A DNA stretch of 12,891 nucleotides from NCBI GenBank assembly GCA_964619725.1, contig CAZUFC010000187.1:1-12891 (forward strand), in the 5' to 3' direction. Shown here one piece after another: positions 1 through 8,385 of the stretch (the first letter of the stretch is position 1; the number at the start of each line of letters is the position of its first letter). The translations under genes and the position numbers were made by a program. The DNA is from an uncultured bacterium (GTDB lineage Bacteria; CSSED10-310; CAZUFC01). A model generated the notes under the pieces. That model worked only from the letters and a program-made list of their open reading frames with translations, made no database searches and was not told the DNA's origin.

Positions 1-13
1 GATCAAAAACCCA

Positions 14-68
14 AGTGGCTGTCCAGCATTAAATTTTGAATCGAGATTCGAGTTTATGGACAGACACT
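14..68. repeat. Palindromic miniature repeat (MITE/REP-like), copy 1
   Basis: AGTGGCTGTCCA (14-25) and TGGACAGACACT (57-68) are inverted repeats with 1 mismatch, around an internal GAATC-GA-GATTC dyad. Bases 14-67 match 12838-12891 at 53/54 positions. Confidence 0.85.
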
Positions 69-205
69 AACTTGCTGTTTTTTATGGATATGTTTGAAGA
101 TCACCGATTTAAACGTTGATTGATGCATCAATTTCAAAGAACAATATGAACCCCGTAAAGCAATCTAACGGAACAAAATGAACCGTTAAGGGAATATTCA
201 CTTTC

Positions 206-234
206 TTGCCTTCACATGATGAATAATACATAAT
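206..234 (+). promoter_or_regulatory. Putative sigma70-type promoter for the 403-2397 gene
   Basis: TTGCCT (206-211), 17 nt spacer, CATAAT (229-234). A G-rich RBS (GGGGGGAA) precedes the ATG at 403. Confidence 0.4.
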
Positions 235-402
235 GGACAATAGAGCTTCCTGAAACGCTTATGAACCTGCAGAAACAACAAAACGATTTCAAAATTTCAG
301 AAAAAACGACCGGATCAACTAAGGGCAAAATTCAATAAAAAAGTTTCAGAATGCCCGAATTGAGTTACGTCAATTAATCTTTGCAACAAGCTGGGGGGAA
401 AA

Positions 403-2397
403 ATGAACAAAGAAATGCTGAGGAATATTTTGCCAGGCATCTCGGTATTTGCATTAGCCTTTTCTTTTGCGCCGGCGGAGGCTGATCATACTCCCCAATG
501 GATATGGGAGGACCCTGAGACTTATGAAGTCAGGTGGGTGGACATGAATCCCGCTGGAACGCGGATCGTTGCATCGACCAATGACGGTTCCAACGAAACC
601 GGGGTATTAGCGGTCTTTGATTCTTCGTCTGCATTCCCAGTATTACGGGAGGAATTTGAAGGCGTAACGGTAAACAGGGTTGCCGTATCGGATGACGGGA
701 GCCGCGTTGCCTGTACGGCAGGGGAATACCTGTATGTTTATGAATTACCATCGTCTTTGATTTTTTCTTTTCATGATACGGACGGCTTTTTGTATGAAGT
801 GGATTTTTCCTCTGACGGCGATTATCTGGCGGTAAGCCGTTATCTTGATCATGGAATATCGGAAGGCGGAAGAATATATTTATTCGATGTGACGAACGAG
901 GAACTCCTGCTAAGCGATGCACCCGGCGCACATGTATCTTTACCGGCGCGAATACATGCGACGCGTCTTTCAGGCGAGGGGAACAGAATAATCGCTATAT
1001 TCGGCGGCGGGGTGATGGGTGATCCGGCGTATACGGCATACTATGAAGCAGATGCCCCTGATCCTTCGACGCCGGTGTGGATTACTCAGCCTTTGCCCGC
1101 TCATTGCATTTCAGGAGAAATGGCCAGGGCTGGTCAGCATTTCGTCACATTACTGGCGACGACTATTACCTATTTTGACATGTCGCCTCCTGTAGGCGGC
1201 ATAAAGGAACCTTTGTGGCAGGTAACTGGAGGCGGTTGCGGCACATATGCGAACCTGGGAGCGATATCGGACGACGGTATGGTGGTTGCCCGCACCGGCG
1301 ATTACTGGGATTACGGGCCCATTCCCGGAGTCGTCGAAGTGTATGACGGTACAGACGGGACTTTGTTGTGGTATCAGGAAATGGAATACAGCCCGCGCTG
1401 CGATTTATCTCCTGACGGGTCGCGCGTGGCGTATTCACAGGTCAGGACGGAAGAATCTGAACAACAGCCGCATATCATTTACGACCTGATTGAAGAGGAA
1501 ATCATCTGGGAAGGCCCAGGTTTCGGTTTTCCTGTACTGGATCAAACGGGCGAAACATTAGTTCTGGGCGCCGGCTATTACGCCCCGGAATATATCGCCG
1601 ACCCTATGCGCTTAATGCGTATCGAAGAAAATACGCCGCCTGAGTGCGACATTACATATCCGCTTGCGGGCGATGTCGTAAGCGGCGTTATTGAAGCCCA
1701 GGGGACCTTTTATGACGTGGATGATGCGGTTGACAGAGTCGAACTTATCGGCCCCGCCGGAGTCATTGAAGCTGATCTGCAAGGTTCAAGCTCCGGGAAC
1801 TGGACTGCCGAAATCGATTTCAGCGCCTATCCGCCGGGTGACTTTACATTGAATGCGAGAACTGTGGATTCTCGCTATAAACATGGTATCTGGACCGAGG
1901 TGACTTTTCAGGTGACTGCTCCGCCCACGTCGACTCCATCCGTACCGCCAACTTTTACTCTGCCGCCCTCCGCTACGCCCGCTCCTTCTTTTACGCCTGT
2001 TCCGACCCCTACACCCGAGTATCCGGATAATCTTACGCTTGAACTTGTGCTGAGCAGAGAATTTTTCACGCCCGGTGACACGTTCTTTCTCGATGCTTCA
2101 ATATATAATCCCGATCCGCCCATCATGAACGCCGCTATTGTTACGATGCTCGAAATTCACGGCCGGTTCTTCTTCTGGCCTTCCTGGAGCGAACTGCGGC
2201 AGAACGGCCAGGGATTCGATTATGAAAACAGGAACATTCCTGCAGGACAGAGTTTTTATGAAATAATCGCCCCTACCGTATGGCCTGACGACGCTGGCGA
2301 AGCTTTTGGATTGCTCTTTTACGGCACGTTGCTGGATGAAAGCATCTCTGTTCTGATGTGCCGAATCGACGTAGTGTTATGGGGATACGGTTACTGA
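403..2397 (+). CDS. Secreted WD40/PQQ-like beta-propeller protein with Ig-like domain, Pro/Thr linker and C-terminal (possible sorting) domain
   Basis: 664 aa ORF with an N-terminal signal peptide (...FALAFSFAPAEA) and repeated propeller blade motifs (SDDGSRVA, SSDGDYLA, SDDGMVVA, SPDGSRVA). An Ig-like (Big) module starts at NTPPECDITYP (~aa 410), followed by a PT-rich linker (~aa 505-541) and a ~120 aa C-terminal domain with FFFWPSW ending WGYGY. Confidence 0.85.
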   Translation: MNKEMLRNILPGISVFALAFSFAPAEADHTPQWIWEDPETYEVRWVDMNPAGTRIVASTNDGSNETGVLAVFDSSSAFPVLREEFEGVTVNRVAVSDDGSRVACTAGEYLYVYELPSSLIFSFHDTDGFLYEVDFSSDGDYLAVSRYLDHGISEGGRIYLFDVTNEELLLSDAPGAHVSLPARIHATRLSGEGNRIIAIFGGGVMGDPAYTAYYEADAPDPSTPVWITQPLPAHCISGEMARAGQHFVTLLATTITYFDMSPPVGGIKEPLWQVTGGGCGTYANLGAISDDGMVVARTGDYWDYGPIPGVVEVYDGTDGTLLWYQEMEYSPRCDLSPDGSRVAYSQVRTEESEQQPHIIYDLIEEEIIWEGPGFGFPVLDQTGETLVLGAGYYAPEYIADPMRLMRIEENTPPECDITYPLAGDVVSGVIEAQGTFYDVDDAVDRVELIGPAGVIEADLQGSSSGNWTAEIDFSAYPPGDFTLNARTVDSRYKHGIWTEVTFQVTAPPTSTPSVPPTFTLPPSATPAPSFTPVPTPTPEYPDNLTLELVLSREFFTPGDTFFLDASIYNPDPPIMNAAIVTMLEIHGRFFFWPSWSELRQNGQGFDYENRNIPAGQSFYEIIAPTVWPDDAGEAFGLLFYGTLLDESISVLMCRIDVVLWGYGY

Positions 2398-2422
2398 TCG
2401 ATGACTGACGATGTTAAAATTC

Positions 2423-2593
2423 GGGACTGATCATACCGGGATAACACTTTTTTCAAAACTTTTGACAGTTTGCTTCAATAATCGGGGTCGGGATCGGGGT
2501 CGGGGTCGGGATCGGGATCGCTATCGCTATCGAAACTAAATGGGGAAATTCGGAATAATTGTAACCTCAAAAGACCCTTTTTTGATCAATGCC
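2423..2593 (+). mobile_element. MITE-like element E1 with 8-bp target site duplication
   Basis: Ends GGGACTGATCA (2423) and TGATCAATGCC (2593) form imperfect terminal inverted repeats. Identical TAAAATTC flanks both sides (2415-2422 and 2594-2601). The ends are shared with elements at 3358-3695 and 11322-11616. Confidence 0.75.
2481..2534 (+). repeat. Degenerate hexamer tandem array (RTCGNN)x9
   Basis: ATCGGG GTCGGG ATCGGG GTCGGG GTCGGG ATCGGG ATCGCT ATCGCT ATCGAA. Confidence 0.95.
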
Positions 2594-2620
2594 TAAAATT
2601 CTGTCCCCCCCCTGCATGGC

Positions 2621-3208
2621 CTAGTCAGTCTTGACGAAAAAAGGATGATCGAGTTTCAGCCATCCGTTTTCAGTTGATGAACCGAATGAATAGAACGCTT
2701 TGCCTATGAAGTAGCGTCTCGGCACGTAACCCCAATAACGACTGTCATAGCTGCGATTGCGGTGGTCTCCCGCACAGAAATAATACCCTGCGGGAACGGT
2801 TCTTTCCTCCTGATCATGCTTTGATTGGAATGATCCGGGGATATGAGAATCATCCACCTGTTTGCCGTTTACAAAAATGACGCCTGCTGTGATTCTCAAC
2901 TTGTCGTCTGGAACAGCGATTATTCTGTGCACAAAAACCTTTGTTGGATCGCGCGGAAACCAGTAAACCGCAATTTCCCCTCGTCGAGGATGGTGAGTGA
3001 AAGGCAGCGTGCATCCCAATATAGGGAATTTACCCATGCTGTAAACGTAGCAATTGACCAGAACGCGGGCGCCGTGTTTCAAAACCGGCTCCATAGACTT
3101 GCTTTCCTGCTTGAAAAGCCTGATGAAATAGGTATTATAGATGATCAGGAGATTGATGGATAAAACTATGGCCAACGCCAGAAAAAAAATCATTTTCCAT
3201 CTTTTCAT
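2621..3208 (-). CDS. lepB: Signal peptidase I family (S26) protein, atypical (His at the catalytic Lys position)
   Basis: Single N-terminal TM helix, box B SKSMEP (Ser38), box C RRGEIAVY, box D VFVHRIIAVPDD, box E GDHRNRSYDSRYWG. AAGGAG RBS 8 nt upstream of the ATG. Confidence 0.85.
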   Translation of the reverse strand: MKRWKMIFFLALAIVLSINLLIIYNTYFIRLFKQESKSMEPVLKHGARVLVNCYVYSMGKFPILGCTLPFTHHPRRGEIAVYWFPRDPTKVFVHRIIAVPDDKLRITAGVIFVNGKQVDDSHIPGSFQSKHDQEERTVPAGYYFCAGDHRNRSYDSRYWGYVPRRYFIGKAFYSFGSSTENGWLKLDHPFFVKTD

Positions 3209-3244
3209 GCCATAAGCTCCTTATGATGCTTTCCCCGATCACAC

Positions 3245-3274
3245 ATAATAAACTTCATTTTCGCAGATCGTCAA
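3245..3274 (-). promoter_or_regulatory. Putative sigma70-type promoter for the signal peptidase gene
   Basis: Minus strand TTGACG (3274-3269), 18 nt spacer, TATTAT (3250-3245), about 36 nt upstream of the start codon. Confidence 0.45.
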
Positions 3275-3357
3275 GTTCCCGTATTTCAATTTCAAATAGA
3301 TTTCTCAAGATGAGCTGATTGAGAAGGCTTAACCTGCATTTCTCTTAAAAAAAATCC

Positions 3358-3695
3358 GGGACTGATCAAGCGCCGGCAACAATTCTTCTGAACAAAAAAA
3401 TCGGCGAATTGAAATCCCCATCGCTGAGACCTGCTATTGGACAAATGTGACGGAGAACCCGGTTTATTTTCTACGTCCGCCGCCGTGATATTTCGGATAA
3501 AACCTTCGGCCCGACGAAATCCATAATCGGGATCGCTATCGGGGTCGGGATCGCAATCGAAGCGCCGGCAATATCGAATCAGGGAGTTGTTTTTTCATCA
3601 TTCACAGCCCAAACGTCAATTTTCTTAATTCCATTATAAATGCTGAGATATTCTGTAGAATTATAACCTAAAAAGACGAATTTCTGATCAATGCC
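3358..3695 (+). mobile_element. MITE-like element E2 (same family and orientation as E1)
   Basis: Starts GGGACTGATCA and ends TGATCAATGCC, identical to the E1 tips. The last 37 bp (3659-3695) match E1 2557-2593 at 31/37. It contains the same type of hexamer array. No clear target duplication. Confidence 0.7.
3526..3561 (+). repeat. Degenerate hexamer tandem array (RTCGNN)x6
   Basis: ATCGGG ATCGCT ATCGGG GTCGGG ATCGCA ATCGAA. Like the 2481-2534 array it is preceded by ATA and ends in ATCGAA. Confidence 0.9.
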
Positions 3696-3719
3696 TGAAT
3701 CACAAGCATCGGCGGCTGA

Positions 3720-4400
3720 TTACCGTATCATTCCGTCTCTCAACTCAATGGTGCGCGAAGCGCACCGTGAGAGTTCCAGTTCATGAGTAACCATAATGAT
3801 GGTATTGCCTTCTTCATTAATTTTGTTGAAGATTCGCATAATTTCGTAACCGGTTTTTGTGTCCAGGTTTCCGGTGGGTTCATCGGCGAGGATAATTGAA
3901 GGACGGTTGATCAGTGCCCTGGCTATGGCGGTCCTCTGTTTCTGTCCCCCTGACAGTTCATTGGGTTTATGGTCCACTCTGTCCGTCAAACCGACTTTTT
4001 CAAGCATTTCCAGCGCCTGTTTTTTTCTTTCTCTGGCATGAACGCCTCTGTAGACCAGGGGCAATTCCACGTTTTCGCGTGCATTCATCCTGGGGAGAAG
4101 GTTGAAATTCTGAAAAACGAAACCGATATTCTGGTTGCGGATACGGGAAAGCGCCATGTCGTCGAGCGATTCGACGTTAATGCCGTTGAATTTATATACT
4201 CCGGAAGTGGGTTGATCCAGGCAGCCCAGAATATTCATCAGGGTAGATTTTCCTGAACCGGAGGGACCCATGACGGCAATATAATCCCCTTTTTCAACGG
4301 TAAAATTGATGTTTTTGAGGGCCGGGACTTTGAGTTCTCCCGTGGCGTATACCTTATAAAGGGATTCGATGTCTATAATTATATCGTTTTTTTCATTCAT
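3720..4400 (-). CDS. ABC transporter ATP-binding protein (MacB/LolD type)
   Basis: Walker [11 protein letters not shown]-loop [10 protein letters not shown], signature LSGGQ, Walker B/D-loop [12 protein letters not shown]-loop VTHE. Overlaps the permease stop by 8 nt. Confidence 0.97.
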   Translation of the reverse strand: MNEKNDIIIDIESLYKVYATGELKVPALKNINFTVEKGDYIAVMGPSGSGKSTLMNILGCLDQPTSGVYKFNGINVESLDDMALSRIRNQNIGFVFQNFNLLPRMNARENVELPLVYRGVHARERKKQALEMLEKVGLTDRVDHKPNELSGGQKQRTAIARALINRPSIILADEPTGNLDTKTGYEIMRIFNKINEEGNTIIMVTHELELSRCASRTIELRDGMIR

Positions 4401-5628
4401 AACGAAGCGCCTCGATGGGATTCAGCTCTGCGGCTTTTTTTGCGGGGAACAGTCCGAAAATGATTCCGACCAGGCTCGCCACCAGGAAGGATACGGCGAT
4501 GGCTTTCAATGAATAGACGGTTCTCCATTCCGCGTAAAGTGAGATGACATAACCCAGGAAGACGCCCAGGGCTATGCCGATTATGCCGCCCACCAGGCTG
4601 AGAACCACGGCTTCGATCAGAAACTGGCTCAGAACATCGTATCGTGATGCGCCGATGGCCCGGCGTACGCCGATTTCTCTTATGCGTTGAGTCACGCTCG
4701 CCAGCATGATGTTCATAATGCCTATGCCCCCGACCAGCAGCGAGATGCCGGCTATGGCCGCCAGCACCAGGTTGAAACGTTTCTGAGTCGCCTGGCTCTG
4801 TCTCAGCAGATCGAGCGGGATTATCAGTTCATAGTTGTCTACGCCGTTATGAGTCCTGTCCAGTATTTTTCCTATCAGTCCGGCTGCGCTCATTATGTTT
4901 CCTTCATTATCTATCATGATGGACAATTCGCTGACTTCATTGTAATCGTCATCATTGTCCAGACGCTTCAAACCGGTCGTCAGAGGAATATAAACGTCAC
5001 GATTTAAATTGCGAAGCGACACAGCGGTGGTTTTATCCATATTCAGTCGTTTATCTTCCATAACCCCCACTATGACGTAAATGCCGTCTCCGATGATCAG
5101 GCTCCGGCCCATCGGACTCTCCGAATGAAAAATCTCCTCCTGCAACTCGGCCCCGACAACGCATACCCGCGAAGCCCTATTCATATCCCGCTCGGTAATA
5201 AAGCGGCCGGAAGAGGGATGAAAATTGGAAATAGCAGGATATTCCGGCGTCGCCGCAATTACCGAAAAATTCAACGACTCGCCGTTATACCAGGGTTTCG
5301 CCCCTACGAAAAGCATGGGGGCTATCTCTTCAATATAAGGACAATTCTTTTTCAAAGCTTCCGCATCGGCACGGGACAATCCTTCCGGGTTCTTCTGCCG
5401 GGCCACTGCCAGTCTCTGGCCCTCCAATTCCGCAGGCACCACTCGTATATTGTTTATCCCCATTAATTCGACCTGTTCCAGCGCTTCCTTTTTAGCCCCT
5501 TCCCCGATCGCAACGCTCGCAATAACCGCCGCCACGCCGAAAATTACGCCCAGCATGGTTAAAAACGATCTCATTTTGTTGGACTTTAATTCCACCAATC
5601 CGATTTTTATGCTTTCGCTCAAATTCAT
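4393..5628 (-). CDS. ABC transporter permease, MacB/FtsX family
   Basis: N-terminal RSFLTMLGVIFGVAAVI TM, large periplasmic domain (GRFITERD, VCVVG), ISLLVGGIGIMNIML..V..R.REIGVRRAIGA motif, and C-terminal [21 protein letters not shown]. Confidence 0.97.
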   Translation of the reverse strand: MNLSESIKIGLVELKSNKMRSFLTMLGVIFGVAAVIASVAIGEGAKKEALEQVELMGINNIRVVPAELEGQRLAVARQKNPEGLSRADAEALKKNCPYIEEIAPMLFVGAKPWYNGESLNFSVIAATPEYPAISNFHPSSGRFITERDMNRASRVCVVGAELQEEIFHSESPMGRSLIIGDGIYVIVGVMEDKRLNMDKTTAVSLRNLNRDVYIPLTTGLKRLDNDDDYNEVSELSIMIDNEGNIMSAAGLIGKILDRTHNGVDNYELIIPLDLLRQSQATQKRFNLVLAAIAGISLLVGGIGIMNIMLASVTQRIREIGVRRAIGASRYDVLSQFLIEAVVLSLVGGIIGIALGVFLGYVISLYAEWRTVYSLKAIAVSFLVASLVGIIFGLFPAKKAAELNPIEALRYE

Positions 5629-5674
5629 TTTACAACCGCTGTCGCAATCCCGTCAGGGACCCGGAAACATCTTT

Positions 5675-7087
5675 TCAACCGCCGGCAGCTCCTTCCGGAT
5701 ACACCAGGGCTAAAACATCGCCTGCCCGCAGACCCTTATTTACGACAACCTTTCTCCTGTTTCTCAAACCTGTCTCTATAAAGGTCTTGACGAAGTAGCC
5801 GTCAGCTTCCTTATAAACGTATGGCGAATCGCCCTCCTGACGGACCGCACTCATAGGAATCGTCAAAACATCCTCGACTTTTTCCCTTATTATAACAACG
5901 GATACGCCCATACCGTGTTTCAACCGGGGATCATTCTCCTTCAATGATATTTTTACTTCAAATACCTTGCTCAGCAAATCTTCATTGTCCGATATGAATC
6001 CCGCACCGTAAGCTTCATCCCGGGGAATGGCCAGGTCAGATACATAACTGATCTCACCCTTCAAGTTCACATCCTTCAAAGCGTTGACTTCAATAATGAC
6101 GGGTTGCCCCTTAAAAATGTCGCCGTAGTAAGCTTCAGACACCTGCGAAACGACTTCCAGCTCGCTCATGTCGGGTATTTCGCATATCAGTTGCCCTCGC
6201 CACACGTTGTCGCCTTCCTTGTATTTTTCACCGCGCCATCCCCGGCCATGCACCACTATCCCATCTCCCGGAGCTTTCAATATAGTGTTTTCCAACCTGT
6301 CCCGGATTCTGTTCAATCGATATTGCGATTGTTCAAATTCCTTCTCGGCTATGGATACGTCAGCCTTCATTGTTTTTAATGATGATTCGTACTGTTCTCT
6401 TGCTTTTTCCAGAGCGAATTTCGATTTTTCCAGCTTCAATATTTTCTCCTGCAATTCGGATTCTCCAGACAGCACCTCTTTTTCCGGAATCAGTTTCTGT
6501 TCGTATCTTGCCCTGACCTCTTCCAGTTCCTTCTCCGCCAACCGCTTCTGATAAAGGTCAAACTGATGATTGGCCTCCTTTTCCTCCAGGATTCTCTGAT
6601 TCGCAAACCTCTCTTCCCTTAATCTCTCCAGTTTTCGCTCCAGGTCCGTCCTGTTTTTTTTGACTTCAATTTTTTCTGTTCCCAGTTCCTGCTTTAACTC
6701 TTCCTGGTCCAGCCAGACCACAGGTTCGCCCTTTTTGACATGAGTCCCTTCATCAACCATTTTCGCAATTTTGCCCCGGAATTGAGTATAAACTCCGGTA
6801 GATTTTACGGCTCTCAGTATTCCAACGTCCTCGATACCCTTAATAAAATTTTGTTTTGCAACAGTGACTGTTTCGGTAATCGTATCTGCCGGAATGCCGG
6901 CTGAGGAATTCATGCATGAAATGAAAAACAGGAGTATTAACAGCGTCGCCTGCAGATTGATAATTATGGCGCGGATATACTGAGCAGCTACGCGTGATTT
7001 ATTACACGGCATATGGTTTAAAGACGAATATTGTTTTCCAATGCGTTTGCGATTTAACCCGATATATTTCAAAAAGCCGGCATTCAT
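5675..7087 (-). CDS. Efflux periplasmic adaptor (HlyD/MacA-like membrane fusion protein) 2
   Basis: Lipoyl motifs GKIAKMVDEGTHVKKGEPV and ILKAPGDGIV flank a long coiled coil, followed by a beta-barrel and membrane-proximal domain (VLTIPMSAV, GLRAGD). The start overlaps the upstream stop (ATGA). The N-terminus is unusually long, so the true start is uncertain. Confidence 0.92.
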   Translation of the reverse strand: MNAGFLKYIGLNRKRIGKQYSSLNHMPCNKSRVAAQYIRAIIINLQATLLILLFFISCMNSSAGIPADTITETVTVAKQNFIKGIEDVGILRAVKSTGVYTQFRGKIAKMVDEGTHVKKGEPVVWLDQEELKQELGTEKIEVKKNRTDLERKLERLREERFANQRILEEKEANHQFDLYQKRLAEKELEEVRARYEQKLIPEKEVLSGESELQEKILKLEKSKFALEKAREQYESSLKTMKADVSIAEKEFEQSQYRLNRIRDRLENTILKAPGDGIVVHGRGWRGEKYKEGDNVWRGQLICEIPDMSELEVVSQVSEAYYGDIFKGQPVIIEVNALKDVNLKGEISYVSDLAIPRDEAYGAGFISDNEDLLSKVFEVKISLKENDPRLKHGMGVSVVIIREKVEDVLTIPMSAVRQEGDSPYVYKEADGYFVKTFIETGLRNRRKVVVNKGLRAGDVLALVYPEGAAGG

Positions 7088-8385
7088 AGGTTATTGCCGT
7101 TTTCATAAGGATTCGCCAGGCAGACGCTTCGTCCTTCCGTTAAACCTTCCTCGATTATAACGTCATGGTAATTGGCCGGCCCGGCTTTAACTTTCACTTT
7201 TTTCGGACGGCCGTCATCCATGACGAAAACATATTCCTCATCTTCAGACCCGAAAAGGCTTTCGATAGGTACGTACAGGACGTCTTCGAATTCATCGATG
7301 AGTATTTCAACCACTGCGGTTATCCCGGGACGCAATTCCGGTATTTTTTCGTTGATGTGCACCGCCACTTCGAATACTTTTCGACCTTTCTGTTTCTTCT
7401 CCCTCCCCCATCCGACATCCTGGCCCATGTCCTTGGCAAGAGTGGATATTTTTGCTGTTTCTCCCGTCAGCTTTAAATCCGGGAAAGCATCCAAGGTTAT
7501 GGACGCGGGCATTCCCAGCTCCAATCGGGAAATATCGATTTCATCCACCAGGGTCACGATTTCCATATCAGACAGATCAGGAATCTGCAGGAAGGGCGTC
7601 CAGGGGCCGATGCGAGTCCCGACCGATACTTTTTCCAACGTGCCGGCTTTCCATACTTTCTCATACATTACTATGCCTGACGTCGGCGCTTTAACCGCAG
7701 CCTTCTGAAGCCTGTCCGACGCATTGTCGAATTCCGCCTGCGCTTTTTCCACCTCTATTAGCGCAGTTTCCACATCGGATTTCTGGAGTTGAAGCTGTGA
7801 TTTAAGCTTATCCCTGGCCTTTTCCAGGGCTATGACCGCATTCTGGTATTGAAGTTCCTCGCTCCGCAGACGCAATTCCGCTTCCTGGAGATTCTTTCGG
7901 GGTGAAAGGTTTTCTTCCACCAGGCGACGGGTCTTCTCCAGGTTCGTTTCTGCATTTTCAAGCTGCGTTTTACGATATGCCAGGTTAGCCTTTGCTTCTT
8001 TTACCGCCAGTTCATTTAATTTTTTTTCCAGGCTGCTGTTCTCCAGAGCCTTTTCAAGTCTTGTCTCCGCTATCTGAAGAGCCGTCCGGGCCTTCTCAAG
8101 TTCATTTTCCAGGTCCGTCGTCTCCAGCCGCGCAACCGGTTCTCCCTCCTTCACCGACGTCCCCTCAGGAATCAAATCAGCCACCTCCCCCGCATCGTCC
8201 GCAGTTATATAAGTCGATTTAACGGCCTGAACTTCACCCAACTGGTGCAGAACAATACGGAAAGGACCTTGTTTAACCTCCGTCGCAGGCACATTATACT
8301 GAGGTTCAAGCAGCCATGAATTAAATCCTACATAACTCAACACCGGTAAAAACAAAATGGCGGCTGCTATCATCGTTTTTTTCAT
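7084..8385 (-). CDS. Efflux periplasmic adaptor (HlyD/MacA-like membrane fusion protein) 1
   Basis: N-terminal anchor, GEVADLIPEGTSVKEGEPV, long coiled coil, VKAPTSGIV, VDEIDISRLELG, LRPGITA, VLYVPIESL, EEGLTEG. ATGA overlap with the TolC stop. Confidence 0.93.
   Translation of the reverse strand: MKKTMIAAAILFLPVLSYVGFNSWLLEPQYNVPATEVKQGPFRIVLHQLGEVQAVKSTYITADDAGEVADLIPEGTSVKEGEPVARLETTDLENELEKARTALQIAETRLEKALENSSLEKKLNELAVKEAKANLAYRKTQLENAETNLEKTRRLVEENLSPRKNLQEAELRLRSEELQYQNAVIALEKARDKLKSQLQLQKSDVETALIEVEKAQAEFDNASDRLQKAAVKAPTSGIVMYEKVWKAGTLEKVSVGTRIGPWTPFLQIPDLSDMEIVTLVDEIDISRLELGMPASITLDAFPDLKLTGETAKISTLAKDMGQDVGWGREKKQKGRKVFEVAVHINEKIPELRPGITAVVEILIDEFEDVLYVPIESLFGSEDEEYVFVMDDGRPKKVKVKAGPANYHDVIIEEGLTEGRSVCLANPYENGNNL

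Noticed and set aside
3282..3325. Dyads TATTT..AAATA and TTCTCAA..TTGAGAA upstream of the lepB promoter as operator or terminator
   Set aside because: Short AT-rich stems with no second copy or U-tract support; they cannot be distinguished from chance.
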